Below are positions 25,890 to 35,341 of a stretch of 64,000 nucleotides of DNA, in pieces. Positions within the stretch are counted from its first letter, which is position 1. The number at the start of each line of letters is the position of its first letter. Under the pieces are notes generated by a model that was not told the origin of the DNA, searched no databases, and saw only the letters and a program-made list of their open reading frames with translations. Position numbers and translations under genes: made by a program. The DNA is from Candidatus Saccharimonadota bacterium (lineage in GTDB: Bacteria > Patescibacteriota > Saccharimonadia > Saccharimonadales > AQU-01), in the NCBI GenBank assembly GCA_037137935.1, contig JBAXJI010000002.1, positions 12,218-76,217 on the forward strand, given 5' to 3'.

Positions 25890-28417
25890 TGAAAGTTAGT
25901 TTGAACTGGCTTAAAGAATATACCGAAATTAATATTTCCAATGATGCACTTGTCGACAAGATTGGCTCACAAATTGGAGCAGTAGAAGAAGTAGTCGACT
26001 TAAGCAAAAAATACCAAGGTATTATTGTTGCAAGAGTGGCAGAATGTATTAAGCACCCAGATGCCGACAAGCTTAGTCTTTGTAAAATTGATGACGGTGG
26101 TCGAGCGCAAAATGTGGAAAGAGACGAAAATGGAAATGTCCAGGTAGTATGTGGCGCGCCAAATGTCAGGGTAGGTTTAATGGTGGCTTGGCTGCCTCCA
26201 GGAGCAACAGTACCATCTAGTTTCGACAAAGACCCATTTGTTTTAGAGGCACGAGAATTGCGAGGCAAAGTAAGCAACGGAATGTTGGCCAGCGCACACG
26301 AGCTAGGCATTAGTGACGACCATAATGGGATTGTTGAGTTAGACGATAAACAGGCTAAAGTTGGTGACGACTTTGCCGAAGTATACAAACTCAACGACAC
26401 GATTATTGATATTGAAAATAAAATGTTTACTCATCGACCTGATTGCTTTGGATTACTGGGAGTTGCTAGAGAAGTAGCTGGAATCCAACAAAAAGCTTTT
26501 GTTTCGCCTAATTGGTATCTTAATAACAAGATTGCCGGCATTGGTCAAGCTAACGACGTGTCAAATCTAGAAGTTGATGTCCAGATTCCAGATCTATGTC
26601 CGCGCTATATGGCGGTTGTCCTCACTGGCATTAAAGTTGGTCCAAGTCCACTTTGGCTACAAACATACCTGAGCAGAGTAGGCATGCGATCAATTAATAA
26701 TATCGTCGACATGACTAATTACATTATGTATCTGACAGGGCAGCCATTACACGCATTTGATTTCGACAAAGTTGCAATTGATGGTAAGGCCAAAATAGTA
26801 GTACGCAGTCCAAAGGAAAGCGAAAAAGTTACACTACTAGACGGCAAGGTGATTACTCCAAGGTCCGATGCGGTGCTAATTTGTGACGCCAATAAGCCCA
26901 TCGCGCTTGGTGGAGTTATGGGTGGAAATAATTCTGAGATAGACGAAAACACAACTAGTATTATTATCGAATGTGCTAATTTTGACATGTACAATATCCG
27001 TCGCACAAGTATGGAACACGGAATTTTTACTGACGCTGTGACTCGGTTCAATAAAGGCCAATCACCACAACAGTGTCCAGCTGTTTTACTCAAGGCCATA
27101 GAACTTACAAGCGAACTTTGCGATACCGCTAAATCAAACGGTGCAATCGTTGATATCAACAATGCTAAACAGACTAATAAATCTGTTGAAGTGACAGCTG
27201 ATTTTATCAATCAAAGGCTAGGACTGAGCTTGTCGAATGAAATAATCAGCGAATTGCTAACAAATGTTGAATTTACAGTTGGACGTACGAATAATAAATT
27301 GTCGATTATCGCTCCTTTCTGGCGTACCGACATAGAAATTCCAGAAGATATAGTCGAAGAAATTGGCCGCTTGTATGGCTATGATCATTTACCACTAGAT
27401 TTACCTCATCGCAGTATTAAGCCCGCCAAAACGAATCAAATGCTTGATCTGAAGTCTAGAGTTAGAAGATTTCTCTCAGAATCTGGAGCTAACGAGGCCT
27501 TAACTTATAGTTTTGTGCACGGTGATTTAATAGAGAAGTCTGGGCAAGATAAAACCCAAGCTTTTCAACTTAGTAACGCCATCAGTCCAGATCTACAGTA
27601 TTACCGTATGAGTCTAACTCCGAGTCTACTTGATAAAGTGCGAGTCAATATTAAAAGCGACATGGTTCGTTCAGATGATAACGAGTTTGCATTATTCGAA
27701 ATCGGAAAAGCACACGTCAAAGGTTTGCAGGACGCTGTAGAAACAGACTTGCCGGCAGAATTAAACTTACTTGCCATGGTATTTGCGGCTGACGACAAAA
27801 CAGCTGCAAGAAAATATAGCGGGTCGCCTTATTACATAGCGATTAAATATCTCACAGTATTGTTAGAAAAATTAGGCTTGAATTATGAGATCGAAACTTA
27901 CGACCATGAGCCAACAAAAACAGAAGGCAGGATGTTGGTAGCTCCATTCGAGCCTGTCCGTACTGCAATAATAAAAGTGAACGGCGAAATTGCTTGTTTG
28001 GTCGGAGAATACAGAAGCGCAATTAAGCAAAAACTTAAGCTACCGTCATTTACAGCTGGATTTGAACTTGATCTTAATGTGATTCTCAAAGCCGACAAGA
28101 ACCAAGCTTCCTACGTGGCTCTACCAAAGTTTCCAAAAGTTCAACAAGATATGACTTTAAAGATACCATCAAATATTAAATTTGGTGATGTATCTAGCTT
28201 CATGGCAAGTGAAATCAAAAGATTGAACCCAGATAATTCTCATTGGGATCTAGGCACGGTTGATATTTATCAATCAGACGACGCTAGTCACAAAAATGTA
28301 ACATTTAGACTTTGGATAAGCGCCCACGATAGAACGCTAACGGCTGAATCAGTAAATAGTTTGCTAGATAATGTTGCGAAGTCCGCAAGTGAGAAATACG
28401 GCGCCGAGAGACTATGA
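25889..28417 (+). CDS. pheT: Phenylalanine--tRNA ligase beta subunit
   Basis: MKVSLNWLKEY N-terminus with tRNA-binding, B3/4, B5 and FDX-ACB regions. The start overlaps the pheS stop. Confidence 0.95.
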   Translation: MKVSLNWLKEYTEINISNDALVDKIGSQIGAVEEVVDLSKKYQGIIVARVAECIKHPDADKLSLCKIDDGGRAQNVERDENGNVQVVCGAPNVRVGLMVAWLPPGATVPSSFDKDPFVLEARELRGKVSNGMLASAHELGISDDHNGIVELDDKQAKVGDDFAEVYKLNDTIIDIENKMFTHRPDCFGLLGVAREVAGIQQKAFVSPNWYLNNKIAGIGQANDVSNLEVDVQIPDLCPRYMAVVLTGIKVGPSPLWLQTYLSRVGMRSINNIVDMTNYIMYLTGQPLHAFDFDKVAIDGKAKIVVRSPKESEKVTLLDGKVITPRSDAVLICDANKPIALGGVMGGNNSEIDENTTSIIIECANFDMYNIRRTSMEHGIFTDAVTRFNKGQSPQQCPAVLLKAIELTSELCDTAKSNGAIVDINNAKQTNKSVEVTADFINQRLGLSLSNEIISELLTNVEFTVGRTNNKLSIIAPFWRTDIEIPEDIVEEIGRLYGYDHLPLDLPHRSIKPAKTNQMLDLKSRVRRFLSESGANEALTYSFVHGDLIEKSGQDKTQAFQLSNAISPDLQYYRMSLTPSLLDKVRVNIKSDMVRSDDNEFALFEIGKAHVKGLQDAVETDLPAELNLLAMVFAADDKTAARKYSGSPYYIAIKYLTVLLEKLGLNYEIETYDHEPTKTEGRMLVAPFEPVRTAIIKVNGEIACLVGEYRSAIKQKLKLPSFTAGFELDLNVILKADKNQASYVALPKFPKVQQDMTLKIPSNIKFGDVSSFMASEIKRLNPDNSHWDLGTVDIYQSDDASHKNVTFRLWISAHDRTLTAESVNSLLDNVAKSASEKYGAERL

Positions 28418-28457
28418 AGAAGTTAGTTATACGATCAATAATCGGAGGTAGTTTGTA

Positions 28458-30236
28458 GTGAAACACATTTGGCGAATAATCACATCTACTAAAGTCCTAT
28501 GGCCGTATTATTTATCAGTTTCAGTCTTTAGCGTTTTGGTGTCAGTGATGAGCACCATACAGCCTATATTTACCAAAGGTGCAATTGACCAAGTGCAGAA
28601 AATTGTTGGCGGTGGCCACGCCAACGTTAAGCTAGTAGCTATATTTGCATTCGCTATATTTCTAGCAGATGTTGGTCAGACGGTTTTTAGTAACATTGGT
28701 GGATATTTGGGCGACATTATGTCCGTCAAATTAAAGCAATTGCTGCAAAACCGCTACTACAGCCACCTACTTAGCTTGCCTCAAAAATACTTCGACGCTG
28801 AGCTTTCAGGCAAAATCATAAACCGAATGAATCGTGGAATTGGCCAGATTGGTGACTTTGCCCAGATGTATAGCAATAACTTTTTGCAGTTTATTTTTAG
28901 CACGATTATGTCACTAGTTATTGTCAGTTATTTTTCATGGCAAGTAGCTGTAATGTTGGCGTTACTATATCCAGTGTTTGTCTGGTTGACGGCAAAGACA
29001 AGTACACGCTGGCAAGATTATCAAAAACAAATTAACAATCACCTAGATGTATCGAGTGGCCGTTTTGCAGAAAGTGTCAGCCAAGTAAAAGTAGTTAAAA
29101 GTTTTATACAGGAGGCTAGAGAGCTCAAGTTCTTTAATTCGCATCTAAATTCGGCTGTTGAGATAACTAGGCCGCAAAGTCGTTACTGGCACAATCAAGA
29201 TGTGTTTCGTAGATTAGTTTTGAATGTGATATTTCTAGCGGTGTCTGCATTTATATTTATTGAGACGGCTAACGGAAAGTTCACGGTTGGCCAGATGGTG
29301 CTATTAATCCAATACGCCGCTCTAGTTCGCATGCCCATATTTAGTATTAGCTACTTGATTGATCAAACCCAGAGAGCCATTGCAGACAGTAAAGATTTCT
29401 TTGAAGTTCTTGACGAGAAACCAGACATTGCTGATCATAAAGACGCCAAAGAACTGAATATTAAACACGGTGAAATATCTTATAAAGAAGTAAGTTTTAG
29501 TTATCATCACGAGCCAGTATTAAAAGGCCTTAATTTTGTTATTAAGCCTGCCACAAAGATAGCCTTGGTAGGTGAGTCCGGCGAGGGTAAGACCACTATT
29601 ACTAATCTTTTGATGCGTTTATATGAGCCGCAATCTGGAGAGATATTGATAGATGGTCAAAATATCAATGAAGTTACTCAAGCTAGTTTGCGTTCACAGA
29701 TTGGCGTTGTATTTCAAGATCCAGCATTATTTAGTGGTACTATTGCCGAGAATATCGGCTACGCTAAACAATTGCCAAGTACAGAAGAAATTATTGCAGC
29801 AGCTAAATCCGCAAACGCTCATGAATTTATCGCTAAGCTAGAAAAAGGTTACGACACAGAGATCGGCGAAAGAGGACTTAGACTGTCTGGTGGTCAGAAG
29901 CAACGCATTGCTATTGCTAGAGCCCTATTAAAAGACGCTCCAATCTTGATCTTGGATGAAGCCACATCTAGTTTGGATAGTAAGAGTGAGGCTATGGTCC
30001 AGCAGGCTTTGGTAAACTTGATGAAGGGCCGCACAACTATTATTATTGCTCACCGCTTAAGCACTATTCAAAATGTTGACGAAATCATAACAATTCGTAA
30101 CGGTCAGATTGACGAGATCGGTACTCCAGCCAAATTAGCGAAATCAGACGGCATTTACGCACAGCTACTTAAATTACAGCTAGGCAAGACTGACGACACC
30201 ACCACTAAATTAAAGAAATTTGAAATCCTAGGTTAA
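28458..30236 (+). CDS. ABC exporter, fused permease/ATPase (MsbA-like)
   Basis: GTG start after a GGAGG SD. It has six TM helices, Walker A GESGEGKTT, signature LSGGQKQR and Walker B ILILDEATS. Confidence 0.9.
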   Translation: MKHIWRIITSTKVLWPYYLSVSVFSVLVSVMSTIQPIFTKGAIDQVQKIVGGGHANVKLVAIFAFAIFLADVGQTVFSNIGGYLGDIMSVKLKQLLQNRYYSHLLSLPQKYFDAELSGKIINRMNRGIGQIGDFAQMYSNNFLQFIFSTIMSLVIVSYFSWQVAVMLALLYPVFVWLTAKTSTRWQDYQKQINNHLDVSSGRFAESVSQVKVVKSFIQEARELKFFNSHLNSAVEITRPQSRYWHNQDVFRRLVLNVIFLAVSAFIFIETANGKFTVGQMVLLIQYAALVRMPIFSISYLIDQTQRAIADSKDFFEVLDEKPDIADHKDAKELNIKHGEISYKEVSFSYHHEPVLKGLNFVIKPATKIALVGESGEGKTTITNLLMRLYEPQSGEILIDGQNINEVTQASLRSQIGVVFQDPALFSGTIAENIGYAKQLPSTEEIIAAAKSANAHEFIAKLEKGYDTEIGERGLRLSGGQKQRIAIARALLKDAPILILDEATSSLDSKSEAMVQQALVNLMKGRTTIIIAHRLSTIQNVDEIITIRNGQIDEIGTPAKLAKSDGIYAQLLKLQLGKTDDTTTKLKKFEILG

Positions 30237-30240
30237 TTTT

Positions 30241-30714
30241 ATGTCTGACAGACGAGCCGTAAGAGTAATTGCGTTTAGGGGAAACCAGATCTTGGTAATG
30301 AAGCGCAATAAATTCGGAAACGAATACTATACATTAATTGGTGGCGGTATTGACGCCGGAGAAGACGCCGATCAAGCGATTGTTAGGGAGGTTAAAGAAG
30401 AGACAGGACTAGTATTAACCAATGCCAGACTAGTTATAATTGAAGATTCCGGCGATCCTTTTGGTATTCAGTATATTTATGCAGCCGGCTGCAGCCATGA
30501 CGAGCCGGTGTTGGCCAAAGATTCCGAAGAAGCTCTTATTAGTAAAATGGGCAAAAATACCTATACACCTATGTGGCTTGATATTGAAAGTTTTAAAGAC
30601 TGTCGTTTCTTTTCTGATGTCTTAAAGATATCAATACTTCAAGGCATGAAAACGGAATTTGCCGGTGAAATTAAAAACATACAATCTAACTCAAAAGTAA
30701 GTTACAATAGTTAG
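30241..30714 (+). CDS. NUDIX hydrolase
   Basis: Nudix box GGGIDAGEDADQAIVREVKEETGL. Confidence 0.8.
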   Translation: MSDRRAVRVIAFRGNQILVMKRNKFGNEYYTLIGGGIDAGEDADQAIVREVKEETGLVLTNARLVIIEDSGDPFGIQYIYAAGCSHDEPVLAKDSEEALISKMGKNTYTPMWLDIESFKDCRFFSDVLKISILQGMKTEFAGEIKNIQSNSKVSYNS

Positions 30715-30744
30715 ACAATTCTAATTGAGGGAGAAAAACGTTTT

Positions 30745-31341
30745 ATGGAGATATTTAGAGAGTGGCGTAAAAGAATCGTAGCAATTTTAGCCGCCGTGTT
30801 GTTTTTAATCACTTCAGTTGGCTTTAGTGGTATGGTGATTTGGCAAATGCACAAAGATGGCCAAAAGAATAAAGAGGATGCCGGTCTTCAAGAGAAAATT
30901 AAGCAGGCGCAAGAACAGCAGTCCGCCGCGCAAGCGAGTCCGGCAAGTGAACCAGTAACTAAAAAGGAGGGTAAATTGGAAGGAACAAAATTAGCAGGCT
31001 TTACGCCGCAAGGAACGGTTATGACACTACAAATAACTGATCCTATTGTAGGAACAGGAGCTGAAGTTAAGGCTTCAGATACAATAACAGCACATTACAC
31101 AGGTGCGCTCGTTGCAGACGGAACAATCTTCCAGAGCTCACTAGATTCAGGTAGTCCATTTACTAGCGCCTTAAGCGGTCTTATTAAGGGCTGGCAGGCT
31201 GGCATTCCAGGCATGAAGGTTGGCGGCACTCGTCGACTCGTAATTCCTGCTGAGCAAGCTTATGGATCTCAATCACAGTCGGGTATTCCAGCAAATTCTG
31301 ATCTAGTATTTGACATTCAACTGATCAGCATCGGTAATTAA
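30745..31341 (+). CDS. Membrane-anchored FKBP-type peptidyl-prolyl cis-trans isomerase
   Basis: N-terminal TM, then the FKBP core (YTGALVADGTIFQSS, GLIKGWQAGIPGMKVGGTRRLVIP, LVFDIQLISI). Confidence 0.85.
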   Translation: MEIFREWRKRIVAILAAVLFLITSVGFSGMVIWQMHKDGQKNKEDAGLQEKIKQAQEQQSAAQASPASEPVTKKEGKLEGTKLAGFTPQGTVMTLQITDPIVGTGAEVKASDTITAHYTGALVADGTIFQSSLDSGSPFTSALSGLIKGWQAGIPGMKVGGTRRLVIPAEQAYGSQSQSGIPANSDLVFDIQLISIGN

Positions 31342-31369
31342 CAGATTAGCGTTAAGTCATAAACACAAC

Positions 31370-31408
31370 ATATAGCGTCTTGCTAAAACCATAAACGCTA
31401 TATATAAT
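31370..31408 (+). promoter_or_regulatory. Consensus-like promoter embedded in a 9-bp inverted repeat, upstream of the grx-like/trxB genes
   Basis: -35 TTGCTA (31380-31385), 17-nt spacer, -10 TATAAT (31403-31408). ATATAGCGT (31370-31378) and ACGCTATAT (31395-31403) bracket the -35 element and spacer. Confidence 0.45.
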
Positions 31409-31456
31409 TGATTTAAGTACTAGAAAAATATAAATAGCTTCAGAGGAGCCAAAAAA

Positions 31457-31705
31457 ATGCCTAAAAACATCACTATTTTCACCACCAATACATGTGCTTA
31501 TTGTGTTATGGTCAAGCGTTGGTTGGGGGCAAAAGGCTTCGCCTATGAAGAGGTTAATCTTGACGAGTTTCCAGAAAGACAACAAGAAGCTATGCAAATT
31601 AGCGGGCAGATGGCGGTGCCAGTTACGGTCATTACCAGGCACGACGACACTCAAGAAGTTGTCGTTGGCTATAATCTAGCTAGACTAGCACCAGCCGTCG
31701 CCTAA
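31457..31705 (+). CDS. Glutaredoxin/NrdH-like small redoxin
   Basis: 82 aa with a CAYC active site in the ITIFTTNTCAYCVMVKRWL context, plus VPVTVI. A GAGGAG SD lies upstream. Confidence 0.75.
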   Translation: MPKNITIFTTNTCAYCVMVKRWLGAKGFAYEEVNLDEFPERQQEAMQISGQMAVPVTVITRHDDTQEVVVGYNLARLAPAVA

Positions 31706-31732
31706 GAATGTTCGATTATTTAATACTTAATC

Positions 31733-32752
31733 GTGACTCAACTTCGCGAATCAACGAAACAATATAATGAAATGGTTAAACAAATGACAAAAGACACTAC
31801 ACCAACACATGACGTAATAATGATTGGTGCTGGTCCAGCATCACTTAGCGCGGCCATATATACGACACGAGAAGATGTCGACACTCTCATATTCGAAAAG
31901 GGTGCAATCGGTGGATTAGCAGCAATAACAGACTGGATTGATAATTATCCAGGTTTTGCTAAAGGTGTAGCTGGACTTGAGTTGGCTGACAGCTTATGGC
32001 AACAAGCAGAAAGATTTGGCGCCAAAATTGAGCTAGGTGAAGTCACAGAAATTATAAACGAAGGCAAGTTCAAGAGACTTAAGACTACTAGCGGAGACTA
32101 TTTGGCCAAGGCAGTACTTATTGCTACCGGCAGTGATTATAAAAAACTTGGTATTCCAGGCGAGAACGAATATTACGGACGAGGGGTCCATTACTGCGCA
32201 ACTTGTGACGGGGCTTTCTACAGAGACAAGCATTTGGTAGTTGTCGGCGGCGGCAACTCTGCCGTACAGGAGGCTATATTCCTGACTCGGTTCACGAAAG
32301 GTATTGATTTGTTAGTTCGCGGCGATAAATTTAGAGCTTCTGAGGTTCTTCAGCACGAATTAGCGAAGAATAAAGACAAGATAACCGTCCATATGAACAC
32401 AACGACTGACGAAATTACCGGCGTATTGCCAACAGGAAAGCCTCCAACTGGCGGCAAAGTCACTAAAGTAATAGGCACAAATAAGCTTACCGGTAAAAAA
32501 GTTGAGTTTCCTACCGACGGCGTATTTATTTTTGTTGGACTAAGTCCCAATACTGAGTTTGTAAAGGGTAGCGATATCGAACTAGACAAAGTTGGACTGA
32601 TTAAAACCGGTCAACTGCTCGAGACTACTATGCCAGGCGTGTTTGCCGCTGGGGATGTACGCAGCGGAGCGACTATGCAGATTGCGAGTGCTACTGGTGA
32701 GGGTGCGACAGCTGCACTGATTATTCGCAAATATCTTGAAGGCCACGTTTAG
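31733..32752 (+). CDS. trxB: Thioredoxin-disulfide reductase
   Basis: GAGPASLSAAIY FAD motif, redox CATCDG, and GGGNSAVQEA NADPH motif. The true start may be ATG 31772 or 31784 rather than GTG 31733. Confidence 0.9.
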   Translation: MTQLRESTKQYNEMVKQMTKDTTPTHDVIMIGAGPASLSAAIYTTREDVDTLIFEKGAIGGLAAITDWIDNYPGFAKGVAGLELADSLWQQAERFGAKIELGEVTEIINEGKFKRLKTTSGDYLAKAVLIATGSDYKKLGIPGENEYYGRGVHYCATCDGAFYRDKHLVVVGGGNSAVQEAIFLTRFTKGIDLLVRGDKFRASEVLQHELAKNKDKITVHMNTTTDEITGVLPTGKPPTGGKVTKVIGTNKLTGKKVEFPTDGVFIFVGLSPNTEFVKGSDIELDKVGLIKTGQLLETTMPGVFAAGDVRSGATMQIASATGEGATAALIIRKYLEGHV

Positions 32753-32760
32753 ACAATTGG

Positions 32761-32884
32761 TCATTTAAACATTGACCATTGATACATTAATTTATCATTT
32801 AACATTTGAACATTGAAGCTACAATGACAAAATGACACCCTGTGTAAATTAATGCATCAATGATAAATGCATCAATGATAAATT
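32761..32884. repeat. CATTGA-rich intergenic element with internal inverted and tandem repeats (copy 1, full length)
   Basis: Lies between convergent trxB and the 32893..33603 (-) gene. Forward CATTGA occurs at 32770, 32777 and 32811. CATTGATACATTAATT (32777-32792) matches the reverse complement of 32847-32862 at 15/16 positions. The 15-mer AATGCATCAATGATA is tandemly repeated at 32851-32880. Confidence 0.6.
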
Positions 32885-32892
32885 GGAGCTAC

Positions 32893-33603
32893 TTAAGTTA
32901 GGTCTGCAGGATAGCCAGGGAAGAAATCACCAACAAGTTGGCTCTCGTGTAGACCGTGCTCTAGTAGTCCTTTTTGCAATGCCTCAACCATCTGTTCTGG
33001 TCCGGATATGTAGATGCGCTGGTTTGTGATTGGTCCTACTAATTCAATGATTCTCTCAGCAGTCAGTCTGCCGACCTCACCATTCCAGCTAGGAGATGGG
33101 CTGCTAACTATTTCGATTGGCTTGTCGCCATATTCGGCAAAAGTATCTGCAAAAACAATATCTTGTTCGGTGTTTGCTGCTAGTAGTACTTTTATATCGC
33201 GCTGCTCCTTGGTATCGTTGAGCCACTTAATAATGCTGCGATAAGGAGTTACGCCTATTCCGCCGGCTATAAATATTAACGGAAGAGTTGCGTCCTTTGG
33301 TAGTACGAAGTCACCCATAGCTTCAGAAATTTCTATCTCGTCACCAATCGCCAAAGTATGAAGATGATGCTTAAAGTCGCTACTATTTTTATCAGCAAAT
33401 TTGGTTGTTATTGTCAGTAATTCTTCTGTCGGCGAGGATGAAAGCGTAAACCATCTTTTTGGGCCACGGCTATCAGGAGTGTTGTCAGGCAAATACATTT
33501 CGATAAATTGACCAGCTGTATATTGAAGTACCTTTTCGGTGCTAAAACTAAAAGACATTACATTGTCAGTAATTTGGTTAATTTTTTCTAAGCGTGCTTT
33601 CAT
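32893..33603 (-). CDS. FNR-family FAD/NAD(P)-binding oxidoreductase
   Basis: RWFTLSS (the RxYS-type FAD motif) and GGIGVTP NAD(P) motif in a 236-aa two-domain layout. Confidence 0.7.
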   Translation of the reverse strand: MKARLEKINQITDNVMSFSFSTEKVLQYTAGQFIEMYLPDNTPDSRGPKRWFTLSSSPTEELLTITTKFADKNSSDFKHHLHTLAIGDEIEISEAMGDFVLPKDATLPLIFIAGGIGVTPYRSIIKWLNDTKEQRDIKVLLAANTEQDIVFADTFAEYGDKPIEIVSSPSPSWNGEVGRLTAERIIELVGPITNQRIYISGPEQMVEALQKGLLEHGLHESQLVGDFFPGYPADLT

Positions 33604-34292
33604 TTAGACTTCCTAGGCTTATTTTTGGTGAAATATTGTGGATTATTGGTGCAGATCATAACTTTTGGATACAAGAAGTGTATGAATCTAGCAAGAAATT
33701 GACTATCAATAGTATAAACCATAATATCCAGCTTATTAAATATTGCGTAGAAGTAAGTTAGTGGATTCAGGACCCAGAAGTTTAAGTCTAGACCATCGGC
33801 ACCAATGGCTTTTGCGTTCTGTAAAAGTTCAAAAGGGTTGGTGCGCGAACCGACATAAGCTTTAGTATTCGGACTTAATTTTTTAAGCAACGATATCTCG
33901 TAATGCTTAAAGGAAGCTATGGTGACTATTGCTTCAGGGAAGGCCTCGACAATATTTATGACTTTTCTGACCATATTATCTTCTTTTATCTCGATAATTA
34001 CAGGAGTACTGCCTACAGTTTCTAGCGCCTCAGATAGCAGTGGTGCGGATTCGCCATTATTAAGTTTGATAGATTTTAGCTCTTCCAGTGTCAGATCTTT
34101 AAGTGAGCGTTTATCTTGGCTGATTTTCTTTAGGTCAGAGTCATGGCAGAGTACTACCTCGCCGTCTTTAGTTAATCTGACGTCAAACTCTATACTGTGT
34201 GCACCAGCATTAATACCTGCTCGCAATGATTCGAGGGTATTCTCTAGCGCTATACCTGCTGCGCCACGGTGTCCAATTATTTTCATTTTCAT
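33600..34292 (-). CDS. Glycerophosphodiester phosphodiesterase family protein
   Basis: IGHRGAAGIALENTLESL and IEFDVRLTKDGEVVLCHD are GDPD signatures. Its stop overlaps the start of the downstream gene. Confidence 0.8.
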   Translation of the reverse strand: MKMKIIGHRGAAGIALENTLESLRAGINAGAHSIEFDVRLTKDGEVVLCHDSDLKKISQDKRSLKDLTLEELKSIKLNNGESAPLLSEALETVGSTPVIIEIKEDNMVRKVINIVEAFPEAIVTIASFKHYEISLLKKLSPNTKAYVGSRTNPFELLQNAKAIGADGLDLNFWVLNPLTYFYAIFNKLDIMVYTIDSQFLARFIHFLYPKVMICTNNPQYFTKNKPRKSK

Positions 34293-34341
34293 AGCAACTT
34301 ACTACTAGTGTACAATATTAAGCATATCTAAGGAGAAAAAT

Positions 34342-34866
34342 ATGGCAGATTACGACGAATTATATGATTTTGGTGTAAAAGACGAATTTATTTATACAGT
34401 ATGTGAAATCCCAAAAGGGTCAATGAATAAAATCGAATACGACCGCGAAAAGAAGGTGTTTGTATTAGACAGAGTAGAGCCATGTATATTCGCAAAGCCT
34501 GTTAATTATGGATTCATTCCGCGTACGCTTGACGAAGATGGAGACGCTCTTGATACTTTGATTCTTACTGACGAAGCTCTACCCACGGGCGTTGTCGTTA
34601 AGGCTCGAGTTGTAGCAGTACTTAACTTTGACGATGGTGGCGAGAACGACCACAAGATTGTTTGCGTACCAGAAGATGACAGACATTGGGGCAATGGCGT
34701 TAAATCATTGGGCGACTTGTCTGATGCCTGGAAGAACCAAATCGAACATCACTTCAACCACTACAAAGATCTGAAGAGTCCTGGGTCAACAAAAGTTCTA
34801 GGTTGGGGTGATACCGAGGCTGCCTGGCAGATCATTCAGTCTTGTGCCGAAGCGCTTAAGCATTGA
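34342..34866 (+). CDS. ppa: Inorganic pyrophosphatase (family I)
   Basis: EIPKGSMNKIEYD, NYGFIPRTLDEDGDALDTLIL and DHKIVCVP motifs. Confidence 0.9.
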   Translation: MADYDELYDFGVKDEFIYTVCEIPKGSMNKIEYDREKKVFVLDRVEPCIFAKPVNYGFIPRTLDEDGDALDTLILTDEALPTGVVVKARVVAVLNFDDGGENDHKIVCVPEDDRHWGNGVKSLGDLSDAWKNQIEHHFNHYKDLKSPGSTKVLGWGDTEAAWQIIQSCAEALKH

Positions 34867-34899
34867 CAAATATAGAAAAACAGTCATAATATATTGCAT

Positions 34900-35241
34900 A
34901 TGGAAAATATTACACCAAGTTCAGAACCCTATATAGTAGTTGGCGACAGCGCGCTAACACCAGAGCATAGAGATGCTTCAGCTATCTTGCGAGCCAATGA
35001 ATTTATGGGCAGTTACACAAAAAAAACAGATGACGAGCTAAATCTTGGGCTTAATCCAGAGAAACCAATAACCAGAGAAGTTGCGAAATTGTACGTTGGT
35101 TACCTTGCCACTGTTGCTGATATTGACCCAAAATTTGTAGAAATTGCTATTCCTCCTTACAAAAGAAGTGATGTGAAGAAGTTCTTACCGTTACTTGAAG
35201 TGCTATCTGCAGACCCTGTAGACTCACCAGACGAACTTTAA
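34900..35241 (+). CDS. Hypothetical protein
   Basis: The track ORF starts at TTG 34894. I prefer ATG 34900, placed 9 nt after a CATAAT -10 element. No recognisable domain. Confidence 0.35.
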   Translation: MENITPSSEPYIVVGDSALTPEHRDASAILRANEFMGSYTKKTDDELNLGLNPEKPITREVAKLYVGYLATVADIDPKFVEIAIPPYKRSDVKKFLPLLEVLSADPVDSPDEL

Positions 35242-35271
35242 GCTTTATTTTGACGACTAATCAGATGACGG

Positions 35272-35300
35272 TTGTCGCTACCCTGCTTTAGATATATAAT
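35272..35300 (+). promoter_or_regulatory. Candidate sigma-70-type promoter of the gap operon
   Basis: TTGTCG (35272-35277), 17-nt spacer, TATAAT (35295-35300), about 40 nt upstream of the gap ATG. Confidence 0.4.
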
Positions 35301-35341
35301 TACCCCTAGGTAATTCCGCTAATGCTTGAAGGGTAGGCAAA

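Noticed and set aside
32851-32880. Possible CRISPR array (tandem AATGCATCAATGATA repeats)
   Set aside because: There are only two directly abutting 15-nt units with no spacers. No cas genes occur in the window. It is better explained as part of the CATTGA-rich intergenic element.
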